From NCBI GenBank assembly GCA_035758565.1, contig DASTXL010000001.1, positions 139,242 to 203,241 on the forward strand: a stretch of 64,000 nt of DNA, in the 5' to 3' direction. Numbering within the stretch: position 1 is the stretch's first letter; each line of letters starts with the position of its first letter. This DNA comes from Candidatus Saccharimonadales bacterium. GTDB taxonomy: Bacteria; Patescibacteriota; Saccharimonadia; Saccharimonadales; UBA10212. Of the stretch, positions 7,712 to 16,521 are shown piece by piece. The notes beneath the pieces are model-generated. The model saw nothing but the letters and a program-made list of their open reading frames with translations, did not search any database and was not told the origin of the DNA. Position numbers and translations under genes: made by a program.

Positions 7712-10700
7712 ATGTCCGAGAGGGTAAAACTAAAACCATCTGATTATGTGCATTTGCACAATCACACTCAATATTCTTTGCTCGATGGGTTAACCAAAGT
7801 ACCGGCTTTGATTGACCGAGTCAAAGAAATGGGCATGGAAGCCGTTGCTATGACCGACCACGGCACCATGAGCGGCGTAATTGAGTTTTATAAAGCCGCG
7901 AATGCGGGTGAGATTAAGCCAATCATTGGCATGGAAGCCTATGTGGCGCCGCGAACTTATAAAGACAAAGATCCAGGCAAAGATCGCCAGTATTTTCACC
8001 TAACATTGCTGGCTATGAATAACGAAGGCTATCAAAACCTAATGCGACTATCGAGTATAGCCAACCTGGAAGGCTTTTATTATAAGCCAAGAATCGACCA
8101 TGACTTAATAGAGAAATATAACGCAGGCTTAATTGTCTTATCTGGCTGCATTGGCGGTGAAGTCAGCGATGCCCTTCGTGAGGGCCAGTACGACCAAGCT
8201 AAAAAAACCGCCGAATGGTATAAAAAAGTTTTTGGCGATCGTTATTACATTGAGATCATGGACCATGGCCATCCGGAGCATCCGTCGAGCTGGGCCGAGC
8301 AAGACAGGGTTAACAACGACTTATTAAAGCTCTCCAAAGAATTAGATATTCCGGCGGTTCTAACATGCGACGCTCACTATTTAAATCACGAAGACCAGGA
8401 AGCGCACGAGATTTTGCTCTGTGTTCAAACGGGCGCTTTCTTAACCGACGAGAACCGGTTTAGTCTTAAAGACTTTCATTTGCATGTTGCCGACCCTAAA
8501 GAAATTATCGAACGTTGGGAAAAAATCGATCCCAACTTAATAACCAACAGCAAAAAAATTGCCGATCGTTGCCGGGTTGATATTGAGCTCGGCGAAATAC
8601 TAATTCCAAAGTTCCCAACCCCCAACGGCGAAAGCGAAAAACAAATGCTGGATAAGTTGATTTGGCAAGGTCTTGCCTGGCGCTATGGCGGCAAAACTCG
8701 AGATGAAGCAGTTAAACTTTCGATCACGCAGGCCAAAAAATTATTAAGCCCAGAAATTATCGAGCGCGCCGAATACGAAATGGGCGTGGTAGATAGCATG
8801 GGCTTCAACGGATATTTCCTGATCGTTCAGGATTTTATCAACTGGGGCAAAGACCGCGGCATCGTGTTTGGTCCGGGACGGGGCAGTGCGGCTGGCTCGA
8901 TAATGGCTTATGGTTTAAGAATTACTGAGCTAAATCCGTTGGAATTTGATTTGCTGTTCGAGCGTTTTCTGAATCCTGACCGCATTAGCATGCCGGATAT
9001 GGACATTGATATTCAGGATACTAGGCGCGAAGAAGTCATTGAATATTGCGTAGACAAATACGGCCGCGAGCAGGTAGCCAACATTGTAACTTTCGGCCGA
9101 ATGGCCGCTCGCAACTCGGTGCGAGATGTGGCCCGCGTGCTTCAGGTCCCCTATGCGGAAGCTGATCGTTTAGCCAAAATGATTCCGCCGCCAATCCAGG
9201 GCCGTCACATTCCACTGACCACATCGCTCACGGAAAATTCAGACCTAAAAACCGAGAACGAAAAAAACGAGCAATCAGCAAGAGTCTTCGACCTGGCTAC
9301 CCGACTAGAAGGCACTATTAGAAGTCACGGCGTACACGCTGCGGGCGTGGTTATCGCTCCGGAAGACATAGTTAAATACACGCCGCTTGAAGTAGCCCAG
9401 AAAGGTTCTCTTGCCACTCAGTATTCAATGGGTCCAATCGAGGAGCTCGGCCTACTTAAAATGGATTTTTTGGGTCTATCTAACCTTACAATTATTAAGA
9501 ACGCTCTTCGAATCGTTAAAAAAGTTTATGGCAAAGATATCGATATTTTGTCTATTCCAATGGACGATCCAAAAACTTTTAAACTATTCCAGAACGGTGA
9601 TACCACCGGTGTATTCCAGTTTGAATCTGCTGGCATGAAGCGTTACCTAAGGCAGCTAAAGCCTACTGTTTTTGAGGATTTGGTAGCCATGAATGCTCTA
9701 TATCGTCCTGGGCCAATGCAGTGGATCGAAGATTTTATATCACGCAAAACCGGCAAAAAAGAAATTGAATACATGCATCCTGCCATGGAGCCGGCGCTTA
9801 AAAGCACCTACGGCGTGATCGTTTACCAAGAACAAGTCATGCAAATATCTAAAGAAATGTGCGGTTTTACCGGTGGCCAAGCCGACACAATGCGCAAAGC
9901 TATCGGTAAAAAGATTCCGGAAGTCATGAAAAAGCTCAAAAAAGACTTTATCGAGGGCGGTGTTAAAACCTCTGGTGCCGAGCGCAAATTAATGGAAAGG
10001 TTCTGGGGTCAGCTAGAAGATTTTGCGGCTTACTGTTTTAATAAATCCCACGCCGCTTGCTACGCCTTGATCGCCTACCAAACCGCCTATCTTAAATCGC
10101 ATTATCCGGCAGCTTTCATGGCGGCCTTAATGACTAGCGACTACGACGATACCGATCGTTTAGCCATAGAAATCACAGAGTGCAAACACATGGGCATTAA
10201 TGTTCTGCCGCCAGATATTAATGAATCTTTCCACGAATTTGCCGTGGTTAAGGCCAAAGAACAAGTTCGTTTTGGCTTAGACGCAATTAAGAACGTTGGC
10301 CACGGCGCCGTAGAAGAAATTTTGCGGGCTCGCGAGGCCAATGGCGGTCGTTTTAATTCGCTGGAAGATTTTTGCAAGCATGTTAACGCGCGGATTTGTA
10401 ATCGCAAAGCTTTGGAAAGTTTAGTTAAAGCTGGCGCGTTTGATAGTTTTGGCGACCGCGGCGTGCTTTATAACAACCTAGAAAATATCTTGAATTTATC
10501 TAACAAGATTCAAAAAGATGCTGCCAGTGGTCAGGTGGATTTGTTTGGCGAGTCGGATGTGGTCAGTGAAATGGCTCTGAAGCTAACGCTCGATACATCG
10601 GGGCCTGTTGCTTCGGCCCACGAACAACTTGGTTGGGAGCGCGAACTGCTTGGGCTTTATTTGAGTCGCAACCCGCTGGAGGCTTATCAGGAGATTCTCG

Positions 10701-11338
10701 AGTCAAAGGCGACGCCCGTCAAAGAAATATTCGAAGGCATGGACGGACTGAGCGTGACAGTGGGCGGCTTTGTGAGCGATATACGAGAAATTACTACCAA
10801 AAACGGGTCCAAGATGGCCTTTGTTAAACTCGAAGACATCAGCGGCGAAATCGAACTCGTGCTGTTTCCTAAAACTTATTTAAAGAGCGTTGATATATGG
10901 CAACGCGATAAAGTTATTCTGGCTCGCGGCAAGGTTGGCGGCGGCCGAGCTTCCGACCGTGGATCAGAAGTAAAAATCCTGGTTGATGATGCTGTGGCTT
11001 TGTCGCCAGAAGATGCGGCGGCTTTTGCCAAGGACAAAAAATCCTTCAACTATAATCTCAAAGACAAGCCTGTAAGAGCGGCGCGGACTGGCTCCGATCC
11101 GGTGGTAATCAGCCGCCAACGTCTCTATTTGCGATTAGAAGACAGCAAGAATCAGGAACTTTTGATGTCGCTTAAAGAAAAGCTGGATGGCCACAAAGGC
11201 CGAACCGAAGTCGTGCTGGTCACCGGCCCGCAAGATAACAAACAAATTATAAAATTACCGCAAACCATTGATATTAACGAGCAATGTTTGCGCGACCTGG
11301 CCGCCATCTTCGGCTCTACGAACGTAGTGGTCCGATAA
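7712..11338 (+). CDS. dnaE: DNA polymerase III alpha subunit
   Basis: 1208 aa. N-terminal PHP domain (HLHNHTQYSLLDG) with polymerase core and OB-fold regions. Confidence 0.96.
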   Translation: MSERVKLKPSDYVHLHNHTQYSLLDGLTKVPALIDRVKEMGMEAVAMTDHGTMSGVIEFYKAANAGEIKPIIGMEAYVAPRTYKDKDPGKDRQYFHLTLLAMNNEGYQNLMRLSSIANLEGFYYKPRIDHDLIEKYNAGLIVLSGCIGGEVSDALREGQYDQAKKTAEWYKKVFGDRYYIEIMDHGHPEHPSSWAEQDRVNNDLLKLSKELDIPAVLTCDAHYLNHEDQEAHEILLCVQTGAFLTDENRFSLKDFHLHVADPKEIIERWEKIDPNLITNSKKIADRCRVDIELGEILIPKFPTPNGESEKQMLDKLIWQGLAWRYGGKTRDEAVKLSITQAKKLLSPEIIERAEYEMGVVDSMGFNGYFLIVQDFINWGKDRGIVFGPGRGSAAGSIMAYGLRITELNPLEFDLLFERFLNPDRISMPDMDIDIQDTRREEVIEYCVDKYGREQVANIVTFGRMAARNSVRDVARVLQVPYAEADRLAKMIPPPIQGRHIPLTTSLTENSDLKTENEKNEQSARVFDLATRLEGTIRSHGVHAAGVVIAPEDIVKYTPLEVAQKGSLATQYSMGPIEELGLLKMDFLGLSNLTIIKNALRIVKKVYGKDIDILSIPMDDPKTFKLFQNGDTTGVFQFESAGMKRYLRQLKPTVFEDLVAMNALYRPGPMQWIEDFISRKTGKKEIEYMHPAMEPALKSTYGVIVYQEQVMQISKEMCGFTGGQADTMRKAIGKKIPEVMKKLKKDFIEGGVKTSGAERKLMERFWGQLEDFAAYCFNKSHAACYALIAYQTAYLKSHYPAAFMAALMTSDYDDTDRLAIEITECKHMGINVLPPDINESFHEFAVVKAKEQVRFGLDAIKNVGHGAVEEILRAREANGGRFNSLEDFCKHVNARICNRKALESLVKAGAFDSFGDRGVLYNNLENILNLSNKIQKDAASGQVDLFGESDVVSEMALKLTLDTSGPVASAHEQLGWERELLGLYLSRNPLEAYQEILESKATPVKEIFEGMDGLSVTVGGFVSDIREITTKNGSKMAFVKLEDISGEIELVLFPKTYLKSVDIWQRDKVILARGKVGGGRASDRGSEVKILVDDAVALSPEDAAAFAKDKKSFNYNLKDKPVRAARTGSDPVVISRQRLYLRLEDSKNQELLMSLKEKLDGHKGRTEVVLVTGPQDNKQIIKLPQTIDINEQCLRDLAAIFGSTNVVVR

Positions 11339-11473
11339 CCTTTTTTCTTAAGAACTAGGTTTTATTTTGGCCCAAAAGCAGTGCAGCATGTTCTTTTCCA
11401 AAGAACCAAATATTACGTTACTTTGGTTCGGCCAAAGTAACCAAAACCACCGGGCTACGTTTGAAGCTGGATT

Positions 11474-11589
11474 GAAGATAAACTAAATTGGCAGGCGCCG
11501 CAACAACGGCAAGCGGCCTCACCTCCTATTCTTCAAAGAATAGGCTCGGCACAGTTGCGGCTTTAATCCTGCCAATTTAGTTTATCTTC
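11474..11589. repeat. 116-nt hairpin with perfect 22-bp terminal arms
   Basis: GAAGATAAACTAAATTGGCAGG (11474-11495) is the exact reverse complement of 11568-11589. Inner 8-bp stems at 11497-11504/11554-11561 and 11525-11532/11537-11544. Confidence 0.7.
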
Positions 11590-11727
11590 ATCTGTTCAAG
11601 CCGATGCCCGGGCCCACCGCTGCATCGATAGCATAACGTTTAGCTTGGAGCTGTGCAGCTAATCCAGGCTTGAGGAAACTGATGAGGATTGCAGCTAAGG
11701 TCGGGCATGTGGAGACGACTTGCCCAA

Positions 11728-11834
11728 GTGATGTAAAACAGTCTGTCTTTAGAGTCTTGAAGTGTTTGACGAACAAATTTGCCAGTCGGCAATTTTGCGA
11801 GGAGTTCTTCAAGCAAAGACTGGTTTTACATCAC
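11728..11834. repeat. 107-nt hairpin with 17-bp arms (one bulge)
   Basis: GTGATGTAAAAC-AGTCT (11728-11744) pairs with AGACTGGTTTTACATCAC (11817-11834). Confidence 0.6.
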
Positions 11835-11950
11835 TTGCAAGTTCGGCGGAACCTAGCCCGAGAGTTTTGGCGCCACCTTTTCGGCAAAAGGTGGTGAAAT
11901 GTTTGTTACTTTACCAAAGTAGATATGAGGGCTGGTTCTGGCTAGCCATA

Positions 11951-12847
11951 CTATTTGATAAACCCGGCGGTTTGGTTCAGCAGGAACACCAGACAAGCAA
12001 TTATTAGCAGGCAAAAATCAGTTGCCGGATGGCGCAAAATATAACGCTCGCCCTGAGCAGCCGCGGTAGCAAAATAGCGGCGGTGCTTTTCGATAAATAT
12101 ACCCAAAGCAGCCAATCCCCCAAAGAGCAATATTACCGGCAGCCACGGCGACAAAGAACTGTTAAAGGCGGCAGCGACACGGGTAGTAGAGGCTCCCAGA
12201 GTCTGTCCTGTAAAATTAGTCTTTGGATTAACGAACACGCTGGCCGGTTGGGCGTAAAAAGCCACGACTATTGTCATAGGTCCGCCACCGGCAGCTGTGT
12301 AATTTGGATTATTAGCGTAGCCAAAGCCAACCTGGCTGTAGTTTTTATCAAGAATGTTTTCGCGGTGGTGAGGGCTGGCCATCCAAGCGTTCACTACAGC
12401 ATCATCGTCGTTAAAGCCGGCAGCTAAGTTTTCGCCCATGCTTTGGTAAACATAGCCGGTGGCCGTCACGAAACTCCAAGGAGCGACTCCTTGCGGTGTG
12501 TTATGACTCCAGTAATCGCGCTTAGCCATATCGTCGGCTTTGGCCTGAGCGGCCTTGGTAAGTTCGTCGTTAATTTTAAGGTCCGACTCACCGGCTTTCT
12601 CGCGCTGAAGATTAGTATCCTTTAATAATTGATCTGAGTTTTTGCTAGTCTGGTAGCCCAGAACCTTGCCGGTTAAATGATGCAACGGCACGGTTTGGAT
12701 AGCCAAGCTGAGCAGCAGGGCGGTGGCAATAAAAACAGGAATAAACGGCCAATAGACTTTTTCGAAAGCTTTGTGGTCTATGCCCTTGGGCTTGGGCGTA
12801 GCGGTTTTTCGAGTGTCGTATTTAGGATGAGTTTTGATTTTGGCCAT
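11951..12847 (-). CDS. CAP/SCP (YkwD-like) domain protein with N- and C-terminal TM segments
   Basis: DYWSHNTPQG..GENLAAGF..AVVNAWMASPHHRENIL..VGFGYA are CAP-domain motifs. Confidence 0.8.
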   Translation of the reverse strand: MAKIKTHPKYDTRKTATPKPKGIDHKAFEKVYWPFIPVFIATALLLSLAIQTVPLHHLTGKVLGYQTSKNSDQLLKDTNLQREKAGESDLKINDELTKAAQAKADDMAKRDYWSHNTPQGVAPWSFVTATGYVYQSMGENLAAGFNDDDAVVNAWMASPHHRENILDKNYSQVGFGYANNPNYTAAGGGPMTIVVAFYAQPASVFVNPKTNFTGQTLGASTTRVAAAFNSSLSPWLPVILLFGGLAALGIFIEKHRRYFATAAAQGERYILRHPATDFCLLIIACLVFLLNQTAGFIK

Positions 12848-12920
12848 CTTAGCTAGATTTTAAAATATTAAACTGTTTATGGCAATCGATCCCAAAACTT
12901 GCAAATTACTTTGTAGGTTT

Positions 12921-13580
12921 TGGGATCGAGGAGACGCCGTAGAGGCGTCTCCGTGCTCGATCCTTCGTTCATGCTCAGGCGCCGTAGTCGGCGATCGTCG
13001 CCTTGGCGTCGGCCATCGCGGTGTACTGCTCACCCGGCTTGTTCGTGTTGCAGAACCAGCGCGGGCGTTCCTCTTGGCCCTTCAGCCACCCCTCCCGCGT
13101 CTCGCGGGTGAGATAGTTGAACGTGACGGCGGCGTGACCAGCTTCCATTGCGTCCTGTAGCTCCGACTGGCCGCTGGCACCCGCGATGGTGCCATCGACC
13201 TTGGTCGAGAAGCCGTAGGTGAAGTCGCCATCGCCTGACTGGGTGAGGTCGACGTAGACGCCGAAGCCTGCCGGCTGTCCGTGGTCGCGGTGGTAGACCG
13301 CCTTGGCGATCGCATTCGGGACAAACCGCTCGCCCTCTGGGCCGATGGCGATCGTCGCCAGCAGCGTGTCGCTGCTGGGTTACCAGAGCGGCGCCATCGG
13401 GTTCAGGAACGCCAGGCCGAGGCTGTCGCGGCTGTACTTGCGGTCGGCGAAGAGCCTCTCCACGTGCTCGGCGCGCAGGACGGAGATGCGATCGACGATT
13501 GCGATCAGCATCTCGTTGGGCACCGTGTGGCTCCATGGATTCTGGAACACACGGACTTGCCGTGCCAACATGTGCACTCT
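12921..13580. other. GC-rich island C
   Basis: 38/60 G+C at 13021-13080 against 25/60 at 13621-13680 (hand counts). Confidence 0.7.
12975..13577 (-). pseudogene. GC-rich gene of unknown function interrupted by an in-frame TAA
   Basis: A single frame with GC3-rich codons runs from the ATG at 13577 (SD AAGGAG 7 nt upstream) to the TGA at 12975-12977. It contains a TAA at 13380-13382 (..NPMAPLW*PSSDTLLATIAIGPEGERF..). Confidence 0.6.
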
Positions 13581-13620
13581 CCTTGTCGAAGGATCGAAAC
13601 GTGCATATTTTACAATAAAA

Positions 13621-14115
13621 TTAATTAAATCTCAAGTGATACAGCGCTATGGCTGCGGCGTTGGCTACATTAAAGGATTCTTTTTTGCCAAACATTGGAA
13701 TCTCTATATGGAGTTTAACTTTCTTAAGCAGATTTTTATCTACACCTTCCACTTCGCTGCCGATTAACAAGGCTATTTTCTCGGGTGGCTGATACTCATT
13801 GAGTTTAATGGAGGTATTGGATTGTTCTAATGCAGCGACATCAAATCCTTCGGCATATAAATCGGCCAAAACGTCATTAATATCTTCGCAGTGCTGCCAG
13901 TCCACACTTTCTTCGGCGCCTAAAGCAGTTTTGTTTATTTGCTTGGATATTCTGGCAGCCAAATGCGGCAAGCGTGGGTCGTCGGCTATTTTAGGAAACG
14001 GCGTATAACCTGTTAAGTAAACTTTATTTACGCCCAGGCCGTCGGCTGTTCTTAGCAGGCTGCCCACATTATGAGTGGAGCGGATATCGTTGACTATCAA
14101 AACAATTTCTCTCAT
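13621..14115 (-). CDS. SpoU/TrmH-family RNA 2'-O-methyltransferase
   Basis: IRSTHNVGSLLRTADGLGV..LLIGSEVEGV..IPMFGKKESFNVANAAAIALY motifs. Confidence 0.85.
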   Translation of the reverse strand: MREIVLIVNDIRSTHNVGSLLRTADGLGVNKVYLTGYTPFPKIADDPRLPHLAARISKQINKTALGAEESVDWQHCEDINDVLADLYAEGFDVAALEQSNTSIKLNEYQPPEKIALLIGSEVEGVDKNLLKKVKLHIEIPMFGKKESFNVANAAAIALYHLRFN

Positions 14116-14348
14116 AACATCAGCATAAACTATTTACTGCTCGCTGACTTAAACGCGCGCGTTTGGATACTATGCAAGGAACCGGCGAAGCACGGAGCGT
14201 GGCTGTATTATAGATACTGCTAGCGAGTACTGTAGCCGGTGACGCCGCAGAGTACTAAAAGCGAGGTCAGTGTTTCGGGCTCTGCCCGAAAGCAGGAGCT
14301 CGCGGCGCGTGCGTTGAAGATGGTTGTGCTTTATACTAGAGTTTGAAT

Positions 14349-15941
14349 ATGGCTCAAGACGCTAGGACCATTGAGGAGACGGCTACACAACGCCGGGCGG
14401 GGGTTCTCAATCTCGCCTATGTTGATACTACTAAGGTGCATAAGCAGTTGTACCCGAATATTCTTGGTGTGACGGAACTTTATCAGCTCAAAATCATTCC
14501 GTTAGTAGCCGATGAGCACTACATTCAGTTCGGGGTTACGACTACTACTTCTCAGCAGACTATCAATAGCTTGCGCCAGCGTTTTAGTGACCAGCGCTTA
14601 GACTTTTCGCTTATAAGTGAATCCGGCTATCGCGACTACATGAAGCTTTATGATCCGCCCAAAGAAGTTCATTACGAAAATATCGAGCTGGCTGACAAAA
14701 CAGACATAATTGCCGAAGTTAGCGCCAGCTTAGAGCGGGTTCGCCCCGATGACATGCTGGCTTATTTGGTGCAGCAAGCATACAAGCTAAAGGCCAGCGA
14801 TATTCACATCGAAAATATGCGCGAAAACGTACGCATTCGCTTTAGAGTCGACGGCGTTTTGCATCCAGTAGCTTATTTAAGTCACGACAACTACCGACAT
14901 TTAAGCGCCAGTTTGGCCAGTGCGGCTAACGTATCGACGGCCTCCAAAGAAGCGCAAACAGGCCACATTAGCCGCCAGTACCATTTGGCCACCGGCGAAG
15001 ACATAACTCTAAACCTACGTGTCGAAACGGTACAAAGCGTTTACGGCATGGACGTAGTAATGCGTCTGTTTAATCTCAAGCTGGAATTCTTCAAGCTTGA
15101 AAATCTTGGCTTAAGTCCGGACGAGGCCGAAATAGTTAATGACGTTATTAAACATCCAACTGGCATGGTGCTGGTTGTGGGTCCGACTGGCAGTGGCAAA
15201 ACTACCACGCTTTACTCTTTGATTAACACGCTTAATACATCAGAACGCAAAATTATAACTCTCGAAGATCCAGTGGAATACAATATGCCTGGCGTAGTTC
15301 AGATTCCGGTAGAAGGTAGCTTGAAAGAACAGAGCTTTGCCGAAAGTTTGCGGGCCGTTTTGCGCCTGGATCCCGATGTCGTGATGGTCGGCGAAATCCG
15401 CGACCAAGACACCGCTAAAACAGCTTTGCAGGCTGCACTTACCGGCCACTTGGTACTGTCAACTTTTCACGCTAGCAGTTCAGCAGCAGCTTTGACCCGA
15501 ATGGTAGATATGATTGGCGTAAATCCGTTGTTTGCCAGCGCCATTCACCTGATTATGGCTCAAAGATTAGTGCGGCGTCTCGATGATGCTACCAAGCAGG
15601 CTTATAAACCAGACGAAACCTTAAAGGCTCAACTTAAAACTGTAATTGATACCTTGCCGCCAAATGTCTCGCGCCCTAATATCGACGATATAACTCTTTA
15701 TCAACCAGTCAAAACCGCCGAAAACCCATTTGGCTACAAAGGCCAAATGGCCTTGCGCGAACAGTTAATTATGACGCCTGGCGTTCAAAAAATGCTGGGT
15801 TTGCCGCCGGGGCAGCTGACGACTAACGGGCTCGAGCACCAAGCCGTAAGCGAAGGCATGTTGACCATGCTCCAAGACGGCGTCCTGAAGGCTATCGAAG
15901 GGCTTACGACTATTGAAGAGGTTTATAGGGTTGTTGGCTGA
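14349..15941 (+). CDS. pilB: Type IV pilus / type II secretion assembly ATPase (GspE/PilB family)
   Basis: Walker A VVGPTGSGKTTTLYS, Asp and His boxes, Walker B DPDVVMVGEIRD. The TTG at 14343 is an alternative start. Confidence 0.9.
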   Translation: MAQDARTIEETATQRRAGVLNLAYVDTTKVHKQLYPNILGVTELYQLKIIPLVADEHYIQFGVTTTTSQQTINSLRQRFSDQRLDFSLISESGYRDYMKLYDPPKEVHYENIELADKTDIIAEVSASLERVRPDDMLAYLVQQAYKLKASDIHIENMRENVRIRFRVDGVLHPVAYLSHDNYRHLSASLASAANVSTASKEAQTGHISRQYHLATGEDITLNLRVETVQSVYGMDVVMRLFNLKLEFFKLENLGLSPDEAEIVNDVIKHPTGMVLVVGPTGSGKTTTLYSLINTLNTSERKIITLEDPVEYNMPGVVQIPVEGSLKEQSFAESLRAVLRLDPDVVMVGEIRDQDTAKTALQAALTGHLVLSTFHASSSAAALTRMVDMIGVNPLFASAIHLIMAQRLVRRLDDATKQAYKPDETLKAQLKTVIDTLPPNVSRPNIDDITLYQPVKTAENPFGYKGQMALREQLIMTPGVQKMLGLPPGQLTTNGLEHQAVSEGMLTMLQDGVLKAIEGLTTIEEVYRVVG

Positions 15942-16064
15942 TTAAAGAAGCCTGCCCCGCACTAAATCCTGAGCGGAGAAGAGAATGAATAGTTCTATTT
16001 TGGAGCGTCAAGATTTTAGTGTCGGGGTCTACCGCGTCGTCGGCTAGCCATCAGTCAGCTGAAA

Positions 16065-16463
16065 CTAGGATTCGATTTGCCCTAGGGCCTTAGCCACTAG
16101 AACCGCTCTAACGGCTCCAGGAATAACATCTTCGCGTGAATAATAGCGAGGCAGTTCAACTACGACAGGCTTGTCTCGACCATCTAAAGGGTAGACTTCC
16201 AGGGTTTGCCCCGCCGCTTGGTGATCTGAAGTAAATATTTCGACGTCTAAAATTGGATTATCGCCCCGCATCACTCTAGCCCCATAAGAAGCGTTGCTGG
16301 CCCTGACTAACTCGCCGTCTCCAATGATCTCATCCGGAATAATGGCTTCATCCGTTACTACTATATTTTCACCTAATAAACTCATTTGTTCGCCGTCTGT
16401 TTCCGGGTTATAGAATATCTGGTCTTCACCAACCATCATGCTCATATTATTTAAATATAGCAA
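16065..16463 (-). CDS. Hypothetical acidic protein (132 aa)
   Basis: TTG start with AGGAGG 5 nt upstream. No recognisable motif. Confidence 0.55.
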   Translation of the reverse strand: MLYLNNMSMMVGEDQIFYNPETDGEQMSLLGENIVVTDEAIIPDEIIGDGELVRASNASYGARVMRGDNPILDVEIFTSDHQAAGQTLEVYPLDGRDKPVVVELPRYYSREDVIPGAVRAVLVAKALGQIES

Positions 16464-16521
16464 AGATGCCTCCTAAATAGTTGATTTATAGGGGTTTTTA
16501 AGGTAATATGATCTTTGACTT

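Noticed and set aside
13380-13382. In-frame TAA as stop-codon reassignment or programmed readthrough
   Set aside because: TAA terminates many clearly complete genes in this window (for example gatC, tuf, fusA). Known CPR recoding involves UGA, not UAA. A pseudogene or a sequencing error is the simpler explanation.
12922-13601. GGATCGA at both edges of island C as a target-site duplication
   Set aside because: A 7-mer recurring within loosely defined boundaries has a substantial chance probability. It is mentioned only as a weak observation.
13030-13767. ORFs 13030-13536(-), 13082-13324(-), 13281-13628(+), 13303-13767(+), 12879-13160(+) in island C
   Set aside because: They are low-complexity Arg/Pro-rich translations. 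The frame with GC3-rich codons and an SD is the interrupted one at 12975-13577.
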